The notes under the pieces were generated by a model. The model did not search any database, had not been told where the DNA came from, and saw nothing but the letters and a program-made list of their open reading frames with translations. Positions 35,931 to 44,975 of a DNA stretch of 64,000 nucleotides are shown one piece after another. The position numbers and the translations under genes were made by a program. The stretch is from an uncultured Clostridia bacterium (GTDB taxonomy: Bacteria > Bacillota > Clostridia > Oscillospirales > Acutalibacteraceae): contig CAMLSX010000001.1 in the NCBI GenBank assembly GCA_946484175.1, positions 7,559-71,558 of the forward strand, given 5' to 3'. Every line of letters begins with the position of its first letter. Position 1 is the first letter of the stretch.

Positions 35931-36944
35931 ATGAACGTTTATGCACACGAACGGGTAAAAGGCTTTTTACATGCCCAGGGGCGTATCCTGGTAAATGGTG
36001 ATGGCGAAGAAGTGATCCCTCGCGGCTGGGGTATGGGAAACTGGGATAATCCCGAAGCTTTTATGCTGGGGATTGACAGTGAATTCCGATTGACTGCCTC
36101 GGGCGAATATGCCGCTATGAACCGCATGGACCGTGGACGTTCGATGGAATATGTGCTTCAGGAAACCTGCGGGACGGAATACACAAAAAAGTTCTGGCCG
36201 AGATGGCATCGCGCTTATCTTTCGGAAGAGGATATTCACGCATTGGCCGATTTTGGATACAACTCGGTTCGTCTGCCTATACGGGCATCTACTTTCCTAT
36301 ATGAAGAACCCGGTATTCAGTTTAATGAAGAGTCCTTTGCCATGCTAACCAATGTACTGGATTGGTGTGAAAAATACCGGGTATATGCCATCATTGATAT
36401 CCACGCTGCAACAGCAGGACAGTCTGGGGTTCCCTGTGACAATGGTATCGATAATTCCCAACACTTCTACATTGATGAAGAAGCCCGAGAGCGCATGTGC
36501 ATCCTGATGGAGGAATTTGCTCGTCGTTTTGCTGACCGGTGGATTATCGGCGGTTATGATTGTCTGAATGAACCGCTTTCTATTACCCCGCGTATCTGGG
36601 AACTGACCCCCATATTACAGGAATTTTATGCGGAAATGATACGCCGCTGTCGGGTTTACGACAAAAATCACCTGTTTTTGCTCAATGGAACTCAGTTCTC
36701 CACACTAGTAGACCTCTTTGATCGTGACTTTGACCCCGAGTGTCATAACTGGGGCATCAGCATCCATCAATATGAAGCTGTCAGTCCGGAAATGGTTTCG
36801 ATTTCTGATGCGCTGAAAAAATGTGAGGAATGGAATGTACCGCTATGGATGGGCGAGACTGGAGGACGGAACGAACATGACTGGCAGACAACTATGTATG
36901 AACTGCTTGCAGAGCATCACGCGGGATTTGCCCTCTGGTGCTGA
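35931..36944 (+). CDS. GH5-type glycoside hydrolase, N-terminal 337 codons ending at an in-frame TGA
   Basis: Start set at the ATG at 35931 (7 nt after GAGGAGG). NSVRLPI...IIDIHAA...CLNEP (acid/base)...WMGETG (nucleophile)...GFALWC then TGA at 36942-36944. Confidence 0.8.
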   Translation: MNVYAHERVKGFLHAQGRILVNGDGEEVIPRGWGMGNWDNPEAFMLGIDSEFRLTASGEYAAMNRMDRGRSMEYVLQETCGTEYTKKFWPRWHRAYLSEEDIHALADFGYNSVRLPIRASTFLYEEPGIQFNEESFAMLTNVLDWCEKYRVYAIIDIHAATAGQSGVPCDNGIDNSQHFYIDEEARERMCILMEEFARRFADRWIIGGYDCLNEPLSITPRIWELTPILQEFYAEMIRRCRVYDKNHLFLLNGTQFSTLVDLFDRDFDPECHNWGISIHQYEAVSPEMVSISDALKKCEEWNVPLWMGETGGRNEHDWQTTMYELLAEHHAGFALWC

Positions 36945-36977
36945 AAAACGGTTGTCGGCGCCGGCTGTGCTTCTATC

Positions 36978-37655
36978 ATGAATTTTACAGTTCCGGAAGA
37001 TTGGCATATAATCACAGATTATGCGTTGAAAGGCGGCCCTAAGCCTTCTTATGAACGTGCTCAGAAAATCTGGGACGCATATCTGGAGTGTACTCGTTTT
37101 GAAAACTGTACCCCCAACATGCAGTACCACGCCCCGATTCTTCGGCAGGGAAGCTTTTCTATCCCAGCAATTGGCTACAATGACCTTCCGTTGGATTCCC
37201 GATTTGGTAAATCTACTCTTCCCTGCTCCACCGCTTATCGTCTCTCCGATCGAATGGAAATTGTTTATGAAAAAGGCTTTCATCCGCCGGTTACACTGCC
37301 TGGCACACGCGGTGGCAGCCATTTGCGCGACCACATGCACCTTCGTATGCGTGAAGGGGAATATGTTTCCTATTCTGTACGCACAGCGGATATTTACGGT
37401 GTGTGGGCGACTTATTGTGCCGATGCACCTGCACTTGTTCGGGTAAGCACAGAAAAGAATGTCCTATTTGAAGATTTTCTGCCCGCTGCGGCCGAAATTC
37501 CTGTTAACGAGCCTTCTGTACTTTTTCCGAATGAACCTGCTGCCAACCATTTGACCGAGATTTTTTTGGGCGAAACAGCTGGTGAACAGCTTATCCGGTT
37601 CGAAGTTCTTCGCGGAGAAGTCGATTTTGGCAAGATTCTCATTCGAGAAAAATAA
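36978..37655 (+). CDS. C-terminal continuation of the same GH5 gene (same frame, no RBS of its own)
   Basis: The 225-aa ORF is in the same frame as 35931-36944, separated only by TGA plus 11 sense codons. No SD sequence precedes the ATG at 36978. It is most likely one 574-codon gene or pseudogene. Confidence 0.55.
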   Translation: MNFTVPEDWHIITDYALKGGPKPSYERAQKIWDAYLECTRFENCTPNMQYHAPILRQGSFSIPAIGYNDLPLDSRFGKSTLPCSTAYRLSDRMEIVYEKGFHPPVTLPGTRGGSHLRDHMHLRMREGEYVSYSVRTADIYGVWATYCADAPALVRVSTEKNVLFEDFLPAAAEIPVNEPSVLFPNEPAANHLTEIFLGETAGEQLIRFEVLRGEVDFGKILIREK

Positions 37656-37865
37656 ATAGATTTTTTTACTTCACAATTTTCTCTATAAACCACTGATTGT
37701 GGCCATAACATAATCATTATTTTGCAGGGGAAACTCCGATTCTGGTTTCCCCTGCGAAACTTAATAGCTATTAGATGATAAAAATTAAAAATCCAACGAT
37801 AATGCGAATATATAGCGTTATAATAAGGCCCTTAAAAATTTATTTTAAAAAATTAGATTTTCCTG

Positions 37866-37894
37866 TTGACAACTGTCGAAACAGATGCTATAAT
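37866..37894 (+). promoter_or_regulatory. Sigma-70 promoter of tRNA-Leu(CAG) copy 1
   Basis: TTGACA (37866-37871), 17 nt, TGcTATAAT (-10 at 37889-37894), with an AT-rich UP-like tract upstream. Confidence 0.7.
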
Positions 37895-37927
37895 TATCAA
37901 GCGCTCTTCGAGAGCAGAAAATAAAAT

Positions 37928-38017
<90 letters not shown>

Positions 38018-38026
38018 GTTATGAGT

Positions 38027-38058
38027 CCCAACACGCAAATCGTGTTTGGGGCTTTTTT
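38027..38058 (+). terminator. Rho-independent terminator of tRNA-Leu(CAG) copy 1
   Basis: CCCAACACG-CAAAT-CGTGTTTGGGG followed by CTTTTTTG. Confidence 0.7.
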
Positions 38059-38449
38059 GTTATAATATCATTCTTGGGTTTATGCTATTAAAAGAAGTAC
38101 AATAAGCTTGGAATACTATCAAGGGAATACGTAACTCAACATAACGGAAAAGCTGGTTACATATAAGTAAAGATTCAAATAAAAACAAAATTTACCACTA
38201 TCCTTCTGGCTGGATTTCAAGACAACAATTGAATGCGGATTGAAAAACTGGAATTATAGAGCAGCTACATCTTTCTGTGCGGAATATAACCATCAAAATA
38301 TTCTATAGAGAGCAAATCATCATTTGACACGTTTTTCCAGTCGTTTCTCTATTCCATAAATAAAAATGCTACTGGTTACCAGCAACCAATTTTACAAAAA
38401 ATCTTCTGCATGATAATTGAGTGCAAAGGATAAAATAACTTAAAACAAA

Positions 38450-38476
38450 AACTCCCAACTGAAATCAGTTGGGAGT
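38450..38476 (-). terminator. Rho-independent terminator of tRNA-Leu(CAG) copy 2
   Basis: Minus strand AACTCCCAACTG-ATTT-CAGTTGGGAGTT followed by TTTGTTTT. Confidence 0.7.
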
Positions 38477-38566
<90 letters not shown>

Positions 38567-38599
38567 ATTTTATTTTCTGCTCTCGAAGAGCGCTTGATA

Positions 38600-38628
38600 A
38601 TTATAGCATCTGAAAAAACGATTGTCAA
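38600..38628 (-). promoter_or_regulatory. Sigma-70 promoter of tRNA-Leu(CAG) copy 2
   Basis: Minus strand TTGACA (38623-38628), 17 nt, TGcTATAAT (-10 at 38600-38605). Confidence 0.7.
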
Positions 38629-38779
38629 CACTTTTTTGAAAAAAATTAAAATTTTATTTAGCCGATGCTGATGCTCTTTTGAAAGGCAAAATCGGTTTTG
38701 CAACTTATTTAAATAACCACATCATATTTTCAAGAATTATGCGGTTTTTTTGTTTTTTTAAAATATGATATGAATGATA

Positions 38780-38808
38780 TTGACGTGAATCCTGCAAAGC
38801 AATATAAT
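38780..38808 (+). promoter_or_regulatory. Sigma-70 promoter of dapL
   Basis: TTGACG, 17 nt, TATAAT. Confidence 0.6.
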
Positions 38809-38872
38809 AAATTGCGTGGATACGGTGTTAAAAAATGCCGTCCGATGATTCTAAAAGAAAAGGATGAACGCT

Positions 38873-40057
38873 ATGAAACTGAATGAACAGTACCGAACAC
38901 TGGAAAAAAGTTATCTTTTTTCTGATATTGCACACCGTGTCTCAGAATTTCAAAAGGCAAATCCCGGAGTTGACGTTATTCGAATGGGAATTGGAGATGT
39001 CACCCGCCCGTTAGGTGAAAAAATTGTTGGCGAAATGGTTGCTGGTACAAAAGAACAGGGAAAAGCCGAAAGCTTTCACGGTTATGGCCCGGAGCAGGGC
39101 TATGAGTTTCTGCGTGAAGCAGTGCGCGGATATTACCGCAGCTATGGCGTAGAACTGCATCCTGATGAGATCTTTATCAGCGATGGTGCAAAGAGCGATG
39201 TGGGAAATATCTTGGATCTGTTTGACCGGGAAAACACTGTGCTCATTCCCGACCCCGTATACCCAGTTTATCGGGACACCAACTATATGGATGGCCGCCG
39301 GATTGTATATTTGGAGGCCAATAAAGAAAATGGATTTTTGCCCATGCCGGTATCGGGACAGCAGGCAGACCTGATCTATCTTTGTTCCCCCAACAATCCG
39401 ACCGGTGCAGTGTACAGCCGCGAACAGCTGACAAAGTGGGTGGAATATGCCTTGGAGCAGGATGCTGTGATTCTGTTCGATGCAGCATATGAGTCGTTTA
39501 TCTGTGATGAGAATCTGCCAAGAAGTATCTTTGAAATTGAAGGCGCTCGCCGGTGTGCAATCGAATTCTGTTCGCTTTCCAAAACAGCCGGATTCACCGG
39601 TACCCGTTGTGGTTATACAGTCGTACCAGATGATCTGGTGCGCAATGGCCTTTCTCTGCGCGAAATGTGGCTGCGCCGCCAGACAACCAAATTTAATGGT
39701 GTTTCTTATCCGGTACAGAAGGCAGCTGCCGCAGTCTTCACTCCCGAAGGCCAGGCACAATGCCGTGAAAACCTGGCAGTCTATCGAGAAAATGCTCAAA
39801 TTATGTCACAGGCTTTGCAGGAAATGGGCATCTGGTTTGTAGGCGGAAGCAACTCTCCGTATCTTTGGTTGGAATGCCCCAACGGTATGAATTCTTGGGA
39901 ATTCTTTGATGATCTGCTGCACCGTGCACACGTGGTAGGAACGCCAGGCAGCGGTTTCGGTAAAAACGGAGAAGGATTCTTCCGGCTGACCGCTTTTGGA
40001 ACAGTAGAAAACACCCGTGAAGCGATGGCCAGAATGCGCAAGCTCTATTGTAAATAA
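38873..40057 (+). CDS. dapL: LL-diaminopimelate aminotransferase
   Basis: MKLNEQYRTLEKSYLFSDIAHRV...IRMGIGDVT...SLSKTAGFTGTRCGY (PLP Lys). Start ATG 38873 (AAGGA RBS); an alternative ATG lies at 38864. Confidence 0.88.
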   Translation: MKLNEQYRTLEKSYLFSDIAHRVSEFQKANPGVDVIRMGIGDVTRPLGEKIVGEMVAGTKEQGKAESFHGYGPEQGYEFLREAVRGYYRSYGVELHPDEIFISDGAKSDVGNILDLFDRENTVLIPDPVYPVYRDTNYMDGRRIVYLEANKENGFLPMPVSGQQADLIYLCSPNNPTGAVYSREQLTKWVEYALEQDAVILFDAAYESFICDENLPRSIFEIEGARRCAIEFCSLSKTAGFTGTRCGYTVVPDDLVRNGLSLREMWLRRQTTKFNGVSYPVQKAAAAVFTPEGQAQCRENLAVYRENAQIMSQALQEMGIWFVGGSNSPYLWLECPNGMNSWEFFDDLLHRAHVVGTPGSGFGKNGEGFFRLTAFGTVENTREAMARMRKLYCK

Positions 40058-40064
40058 AAAAGGG

Positions 40065-40104
40065 AAGTCCCCGCTGTGGAAAACAGCGGGGACTTTTTTG
40101 TTTT
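40065..40104. terminator. Bidirectional rho-independent terminator
   Basis: AAGTCCCCGCTGT-GGAAA-ACAGCGGGGACTT followed by TTTTGTTTT, between the convergent dapL and MATE genes. Confidence 0.8.
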
Positions 40105-41440
40105 ATATTTTTACTTTTTGACGGTGCAGCCATGCATAGTACAAGAACCCGACTGCGTCTGCCAAAAACCAACCAATCGGAACCGACCACCAAATACCAG
40201 GCAGGCCAATAGATGGAATGGGAGCCAGGCAATATGCCAACGCAACCCGTGTTCCCAGAGAAATAACCGTCAGTACTACCGAGATACCCGGCTTTCCCAA
40301 ACCGCGGTACAAACCATACAGCAGGAACAGGCAGCCAATTCCGCAATAGCAGGCGCCTTCGATGCGCAGGTATTCTACCCCGATCGAGATGATTTCAGTT
40401 TCCTGCGGTTCGATAAACAACAGCATCAGTTCACGCCCAAAAAGGCACACACCCAAAGAAATGATAATACAGAAAATAACCGCGATGATTACCACAGAAC
40501 GAATCCCGCGCCGGATACGCTCCTGCTGCCCGGCCCCGTGATTTTGTGCGATAAAGGTAGAAAAAGCATTGCCGAAATCCTGCACAGGCATATACGCAAA
40601 AGAATCAATTTTAACTGCCGCTGCAAAAGCCGCCATAACCGACACGCCGAAACTGTTTACCAATCCCTGTACCATTAAGATTCCAAAATTCATGACCGAT
40701 TGCTGTACACAGGTCAGCAGAGAATAATGTGCAATTCTCCACGCCAAAGCCCGATCAGGTCGAAAATCCTGCCGGCGAGGACAAATCACTGGAACTTTTT
40801 TCAGCGTGTACCATGCGATTCCCAGCGCGGAAATGCCCTGCGCGGTAATGGTTGCCAATGCCGCCCCCTGTACCCCCAGCGGGAAAACTGCTACCCACAA
40901 CAAGTCTAAAAAGATGTTAACAACAGCCGAAACAGCCAGAAATATCAACGGTATAGCGGAATTCCCAATTGCTCTCAGTAAAGATGCGAAGTAATTATAC
41001 AGAAAGGTGAAAATCATTCCGAAGAAAATGATACGTAAATAGTCCCCAGTCATCGTCCATATATCGCCGGGAATCTGCATCAGGGCCAATAGTGGTTCCA
41101 ACAGGAGCAGGGATAGAACTTCCAGTACAATCGTCAGGATACCGATAAACAAAAAAGAAAGTGCGCTGCTCCGGCGCAGCTCTTCTTCCCTTTTGGCGCC
41201 GAAGAGCATGGAAAACAACACGCCGCTGCCCATACACAAGCCCAACAGGATAGAGGTAAGGAACACCATCATTGCATAGGAAGAACCTACAGCAGCCAGT
41301 GCATCCGGCCCCAGAAAGCGGCCAACGATTAAAGTGTCCGCCACATTATAAAATTGCTGCAATAGGTTTCCTGCAATCATGGGTGCGGCAAACCGCAGCA
41401 TGGAGCCTGTTACATTCCCCTTTGTCAAATCCCGTGTCAT
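40103..41440 (-). CDS. MATE family efflux transporter
   Basis: 445 aa, 12-TM pattern, LTKGNVTGSMLRFAAPMIAGNLLQQFYNVADTLIVGRFLG, a typical MATE N-terminus. Confidence 0.88.
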   Translation of the reverse strand: MTRDLTKGNVTGSMLRFAAPMIAGNLLQQFYNVADTLIVGRFLGPDALAAVGSSYAMMVFLTSILLGLCMGSGVLFSMLFGAKREEELRRSSALSFLFIGILTIVLEVLSLLLLEPLLALMQIPGDIWTMTGDYLRIIFFGMIFTFLYNYFASLLRAIGNSAIPLIFLAVSAVVNIFLDLLWVAVFPLGVQGAALATITAQGISALGIAWYTLKKVPVICPRRQDFRPDRALAWRIAHYSLLTCVQQSVMNFGILMVQGLVNSFGVSVMAAFAAAVKIDSFAYMPVQDFGNAFSTFIAQNHGAGQQERIRRGIRSVVIIAVIFCIIISLGVCLFGRELMLLFIEPQETEIISIGVEYLRIEGACYCGIGCLFLLYGLYRGLGKPGISVVLTVISLGTRVALAYCLAPIPSIGLPGIWWSVPIGWFLADAVGFLYYAWLHRQKVKI

Positions 41441-41523
41441 GCACGCTTCTCCCCTTTTATGACATTCTTACAGATGCTCATTGTATCATACTCAACAAAG
41501 CATCGCAACTCATGAGCCGTCAT

Positions 41524-41557
41524 AAAAAGAGGGCGCGACGATATCGCCACGCCCTCA
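41524..41557 (-). terminator. Rho-independent terminator after the esterase gene
   Basis: Minus strand GAGGGCG-TGGCGATATCGTCG-CGCCCTC followed by TTTTTATG. Confidence 0.7.
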
Positions 41558-41571
41558 TCGTTACTATTTTC

Positions 41572-42417
41572 TCATCTTTTTAAATTACGCTCGAAAAACT
41601 CCAGAATGATCTTTCGAATGGCAGGCTGAACGAAATGACGGTCTGCATGATCAGCACCATCCAATTCATAAAACTCAACCGGCGTCTGGTTGGCTGTTAG
41701 TCTTTCATATAAAATCTCGCTTTGACTAAATGGAACCGTATGATCCTGATTTCCGTGCAGGATTAAAAACGGAGGTGTCTCCGGGGAAAGATACGTGCAG
41801 GGATTCGCCGCCTCTGCTACTTCGGGAACACGATGTGCCGGGCCGCCCATTAAGAGGGCTTCCGGAGAATCAGCACTGCCGTTATTTTCCTTTGCAAACT
41901 CTACAAAATCAGACGGGCCATACCAGTCGCACACTGCCTGTACCGCGCTGGAATATTCCAGATTCTCCCCTACGTCAAAAATCCGCGTAGAACCGCTGGT
42001 TCCTGCCAGAATTGACAGGTATCCTCCGGCAGATTCCCCCATAATGCCGATATGCTCTGCATCCAGACCAAATTGTTCTGCATGGGCACGAAGAAAGCGG
42101 ATAGCCGCTTTGACATCTTCAATCTGGCCGGGGAAGCGCGCTTCATTGCTCGTGCGGTATTCCACAGAAGCAACTGCAAATCCATTTTCTGCCAGATACT
42201 CCATTTCGGGTGCATGATAGTTTTTATCCATCATCACCCACGCCCCGCCGCACAGCCAGATGATGACCGGAAGCGGCTTGTCTGAACGTGCCTTCATCAG
42301 ATTCAGCTTGAGAGGGCGGGTCGTATTCCCAAACCAGAACGGAGGCTGGGCAAAAACGATATCCTGCAAAATTCCTACCTGTGCACGTTCAATTTCCACC
42401 TGTAATTTACTTTTCAT
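41572..42417 (-). CDS. Alpha/beta-hydrolase fold esterase/lipase
   Basis: 281 aa, oxyanion-type LCGGAW, nucleophile elbow GESAGG, and a C-terminal HGNQDHTV. Confidence 0.8.
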   Translation of the reverse strand: MKSKLQVEIERAQVGILQDIVFAQPPFWFGNTTRPLKLNLMKARSDKPLPVIIWLCGGAWVMMDKNYHAPEMEYLAENGFAVASVEYRTSNEARFPGQIEDVKAAIRFLRAHAEQFGLDAEHIGIMGESAGGYLSILAGTSGSTRIFDVGENLEYSSAVQAVCDWYGPSDFVEFAKENNGSADSPEALLMGGPAHRVPEVAEAANPCTYLSPETPPFLILHGNQDHTVPFSQSEILYERLTANQTPVEFYELDGADHADRHFVQPAIRKIILEFFERNLKR

Positions 42418-42630
42418 ATGCTTTCCCCTTTCGTTATGAATTAGCGAACCTCATCAAATCGTCACGATATATAAATTTATGATAATACTTTTCTTTTTTT
42501 GCGTCAATTTGTTTCTTGCAAACTTCTTTATTTTTCAAAATTTTTATGCAATCTGTATCTTCTGTATCCCTCTTTTTCCGACAGAATTCTGTGCATCTTA
42601 TAGAACCTTATTTTTTGTTATGAGAATCTC

Positions 42631-42659
42631 TTGACAAATAAAATTGTCAGGTGTATCAT
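42631..42659 (+). promoter_or_regulatory. Sigma-70 promoter of the marR-ABC exporter operon
   Basis: TTGACA, 17 nt, TATCAT. Confidence 0.55.
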
Positions 42660-42669
42660 GTTTGATGTC

Positions 42670-42693
42670 AAACAGTTATACAACAAACTGTTT
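42670..42693. promoter_or_regulatory. Candidate MarR operator (perfect 8-bp inverted repeat)
   Basis: AAACAGTT-ATACAACA-AACTGTTT, located between the -10 element and the marR RBS. Confidence 0.45.
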
Positions 42694-42737
42694 CGCTACA
42701 TAACAAATTACATATTAAATCTACGAGGAGGTGCATC

Positions 42738-43178
42738 ATGAATCAGGAAGCAAAACTTGGACTTGAAATCATGAAATTGTCCACTTTAATTCGCAGATGT
42801 GCGGATAACACGATGGAACTGGAGCAAATTCACAACGTTACAGGCTCCAACGGCTGGATTCTTGGTTTTTTGTATGAGCACGAAGGTGAAAACATCTTCC
42901 AGAAAAATTTGGAAAACTCCTTTTCTGTTACCCGCTCGACAGTCTCGAAAGTTGTCAAGTTGATGGAAAGCAAAGGATTGATTCGACGGGAATCGGTTTC
43001 TCACGATGCCCGACTGAAAAAATTAGTTCTTACCGAAAAAGGGCGCTCGATTCATCTGTTGGCTGCAAAGGGCAACAACGAACTGGAAAAACGCATTATG
43101 CGCGGTTTTACCCCTGAAGAGATTGAACAGCTTTCTTCTCTTTTATCACGCGTAAGCCGCAATTTGGAAGAGCCCTGA
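42738..43178 (+). CDS. MarR family transcriptional regulator
   Basis: 146 aa, winged-helix pattern (FSVTRSTVSKVVKLMESKGLIRRE...DARLKKLVLTEKG). Confidence 0.85.
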   Translation: MNQEAKLGLEIMKLSTLIRRCADNTMELEQIHNVTGSNGWILGFLYEHEGENIFQKNLENSFSVTRSTVSKVVKLMESKGLIRRESVSHDARLKKLVLTEKGRSIHLLAAKGNNELEKRIMRGFTPEEIEQLSSLLSRVSRNLEEP

Positions 43179-43223
43179 TTTTCTAGGGAATCTTCTCTAT
43201 TTTTTGGAAAGGACTGAGCTCAC

Positions 43224-44975
43224 ATGATAAAAAAACTGATGGAAAGTATCCGCCAGTACAAAAAAGCCTCTATTCTGGCACCTATTCTCGTGCTGGTAGA
43301 AGTAGCTATGGAAATTATCATTCCGTTGGTCATGGCAGAGTTGATTGACAAGGGAATTGACCAGGGTCATATGCCAAGCGTCATCAAATTTGGTATTATT
43401 CTGCTGGTTGCCGCCATGATTTCTCTGCTGTTCGGTGCTCTGGCAGGTAAATATGCTGCCATTGCATCTTCTGGCTTTGCACGCAATCTGCGTCATGACA
43501 TGTATTACAAAATTCAGGAGTACTCTTTCGCTAACATCGATAAGTTTTCAACTGCCAGTATCGTTACTCGTTTGACCACCGACGTAACAAACTTACAGAT
43601 GGCTTATCAGATGATCATCCGTATGGCAGTACGCTGTCCCTTTATGCTGATTTTTGCACTGGTAGCCTCTTTTGGTATCGATGCAAATCTGTCTTTTGTA
43701 TTCCTTGCAGCGATTCCTATTCTTGGTTTTGGCTTGCTGTTTATCGCAAATCATGTACATCCTATTTTCGAGCGGGTATTCCGCACATACGATAAATTAA
43801 ATCGTGTTGTACAGGAAAATCTTCGCGGTATTCGGGTTGTCAAGTCCTTTACCCGTGAAGACCACGAAATCGAAAAATTCGAAAACATCTCCCAAACCAT
43901 TTATAAAGACTTCTCCAAAGCAGAAAAAACACTGGCTTTCAATATGCCTCTGATGCAGTTCAGTATGTATGCCTGTATGCTAATTGTTTCATGGTTGGGC
44001 GCAAGAGCCATTGTGGCCTGCGGCGGTGATGCAGCTCTGGGTCTTTCCACTGGCGAATTTATGAGCCTTATTACCTATGCAACACAGATTCTGATGAGTC
44101 TGATGGCTGTTTCCATGGTGTTCGTCATGATTATTATTTCCCGTGCTTCTGCTGAACGTATTCATGAGATTCTGGTGGAAGAAAGCACCCTGCACAACTG
44201 TGAAAATCCCGTTCATGAGGTAAAGGATGGTTCTATTTCTTTTGAAAACGTGACTTTCTCCTATTCCGAAAAGAACGAGAAACCTGTTTTGGATCACATT
44301 AATCTGAAAATTCTTTCCGGCCAGACGATTGGTATTCTGGGCGGTACTGGTTCTTCCAAGTCCAGCCTGGTGCAGCTGATTCCTCGTTTGTACGACGTGA
44401 CCGAAGGACGTGTGACTGTCGGCGGGGTGGATGTTCGGGAATACGACATCGAAAGCTTGAGAAATCAGGTGGCTATGGTGTTGCAGAAAAACGAACTGTT
44501 CTCCGGCACGATCAAAGAGAATCTTCGCTGGGGTAATGAAAATGCCACCGATAAAGAAATTCTGCACGCCTGTCAGCTGGCCTGCGCTGATGAATTCGTT
44601 TCCAGTTTCCCGCAGGGATATGACACCTATATCGAGCAGGGTGGCACCAATGTTTCCGGCGGTCAGAAGCAGCGTCTTTGTATTGCCCGTGCTTTGCTGA
44701 AGAAGCCCAAGATTTTGATTCTGGACGATTCTACGAGTGCTGTCGACACCAAAACAGACGCCCTAATCCGTAAAGCGTTCCGCGATGAAATTCCTGACAC
44801 AACCAAGATTATCATCGCACAGCGCGTTTCCTCTGTACAGGATGCAGACCAGATTCTGGTGATGGACGACGGCAAGCTGGCTGCCTGCGGCACTCATGAA
44901 GAACTGCTCCAGTCCTGTAAGATTTATCAGGAAGTTTACTATTCTCAAAATAAAGGAGGCGCCCAGAATGAATAA
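43224..44975 (+). CDS. ABC exporter, fused permease/ATPase (heterodimer partner 1)
   Basis: 583 aa. Six-TM domain, then Walker A GGTGSSKSS, signature VSGGQKQRLCIARAL, Walker B ILILDDSTSAVD. Confidence 0.88.
   Translation: MIKKLMESIRQYKKASILAPILVLVEVAMEIIIPLVMAELIDKGIDQGHMPSVIKFGIILLVAAMISLLFGALAGKYAAIASSGFARNLRHDMYYKIQEYSFANIDKFSTASIVTRLTTDVTNLQMAYQMIIRMAVRCPFMLIFALVASFGIDANLSFVFLAAIPILGFGLLFIANHVHPIFERVFRTYDKLNRVVQENLRGIRVVKSFTREDHEIEKFENISQTIYKDFSKAEKTLAFNMPLMQFSMYACMLIVSWLGARAIVACGGDAALGLSTGEFMSLITYATQILMSLMAVSMVFVMIIISRASAERIHEILVEESTLHNCENPVHEVKDGSISFENVTFSYSEKNEKPVLDHINLKILSGQTIGILGGTGSSKSSLVQLIPRLYDVTEGRVTVGGVDVREYDIESLRNQVAMVLQKNELFSGTIKENLRWGNENATDKEILHACQLACADEFVSSFPQGYDTYIEQGGTNVSGGQKQRLCIARALLKKPKILILDDSTSAVDTKTDALIRKAFRDEIPDTTKIIIAQRVSSVQDADQILVMDDGKLAACGTHEELLQSCKIYQEVYYSQNKGGAQNE

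Noticed and set aside
36942-36944. Selenocysteine or alternative genetic code (TGA as Trp/Gly) as an explanation for the in-frame TGA in the GH5 gene.
   Set aside because: Many genes in the window terminate cleanly at TGA (for example cbiD, ispA and the tsaD-like gene), so TGA is a stop here. I see no convincing SECIS-like hairpin in the 40 nt downstream, and a glycosidase has no reason to use Sec.
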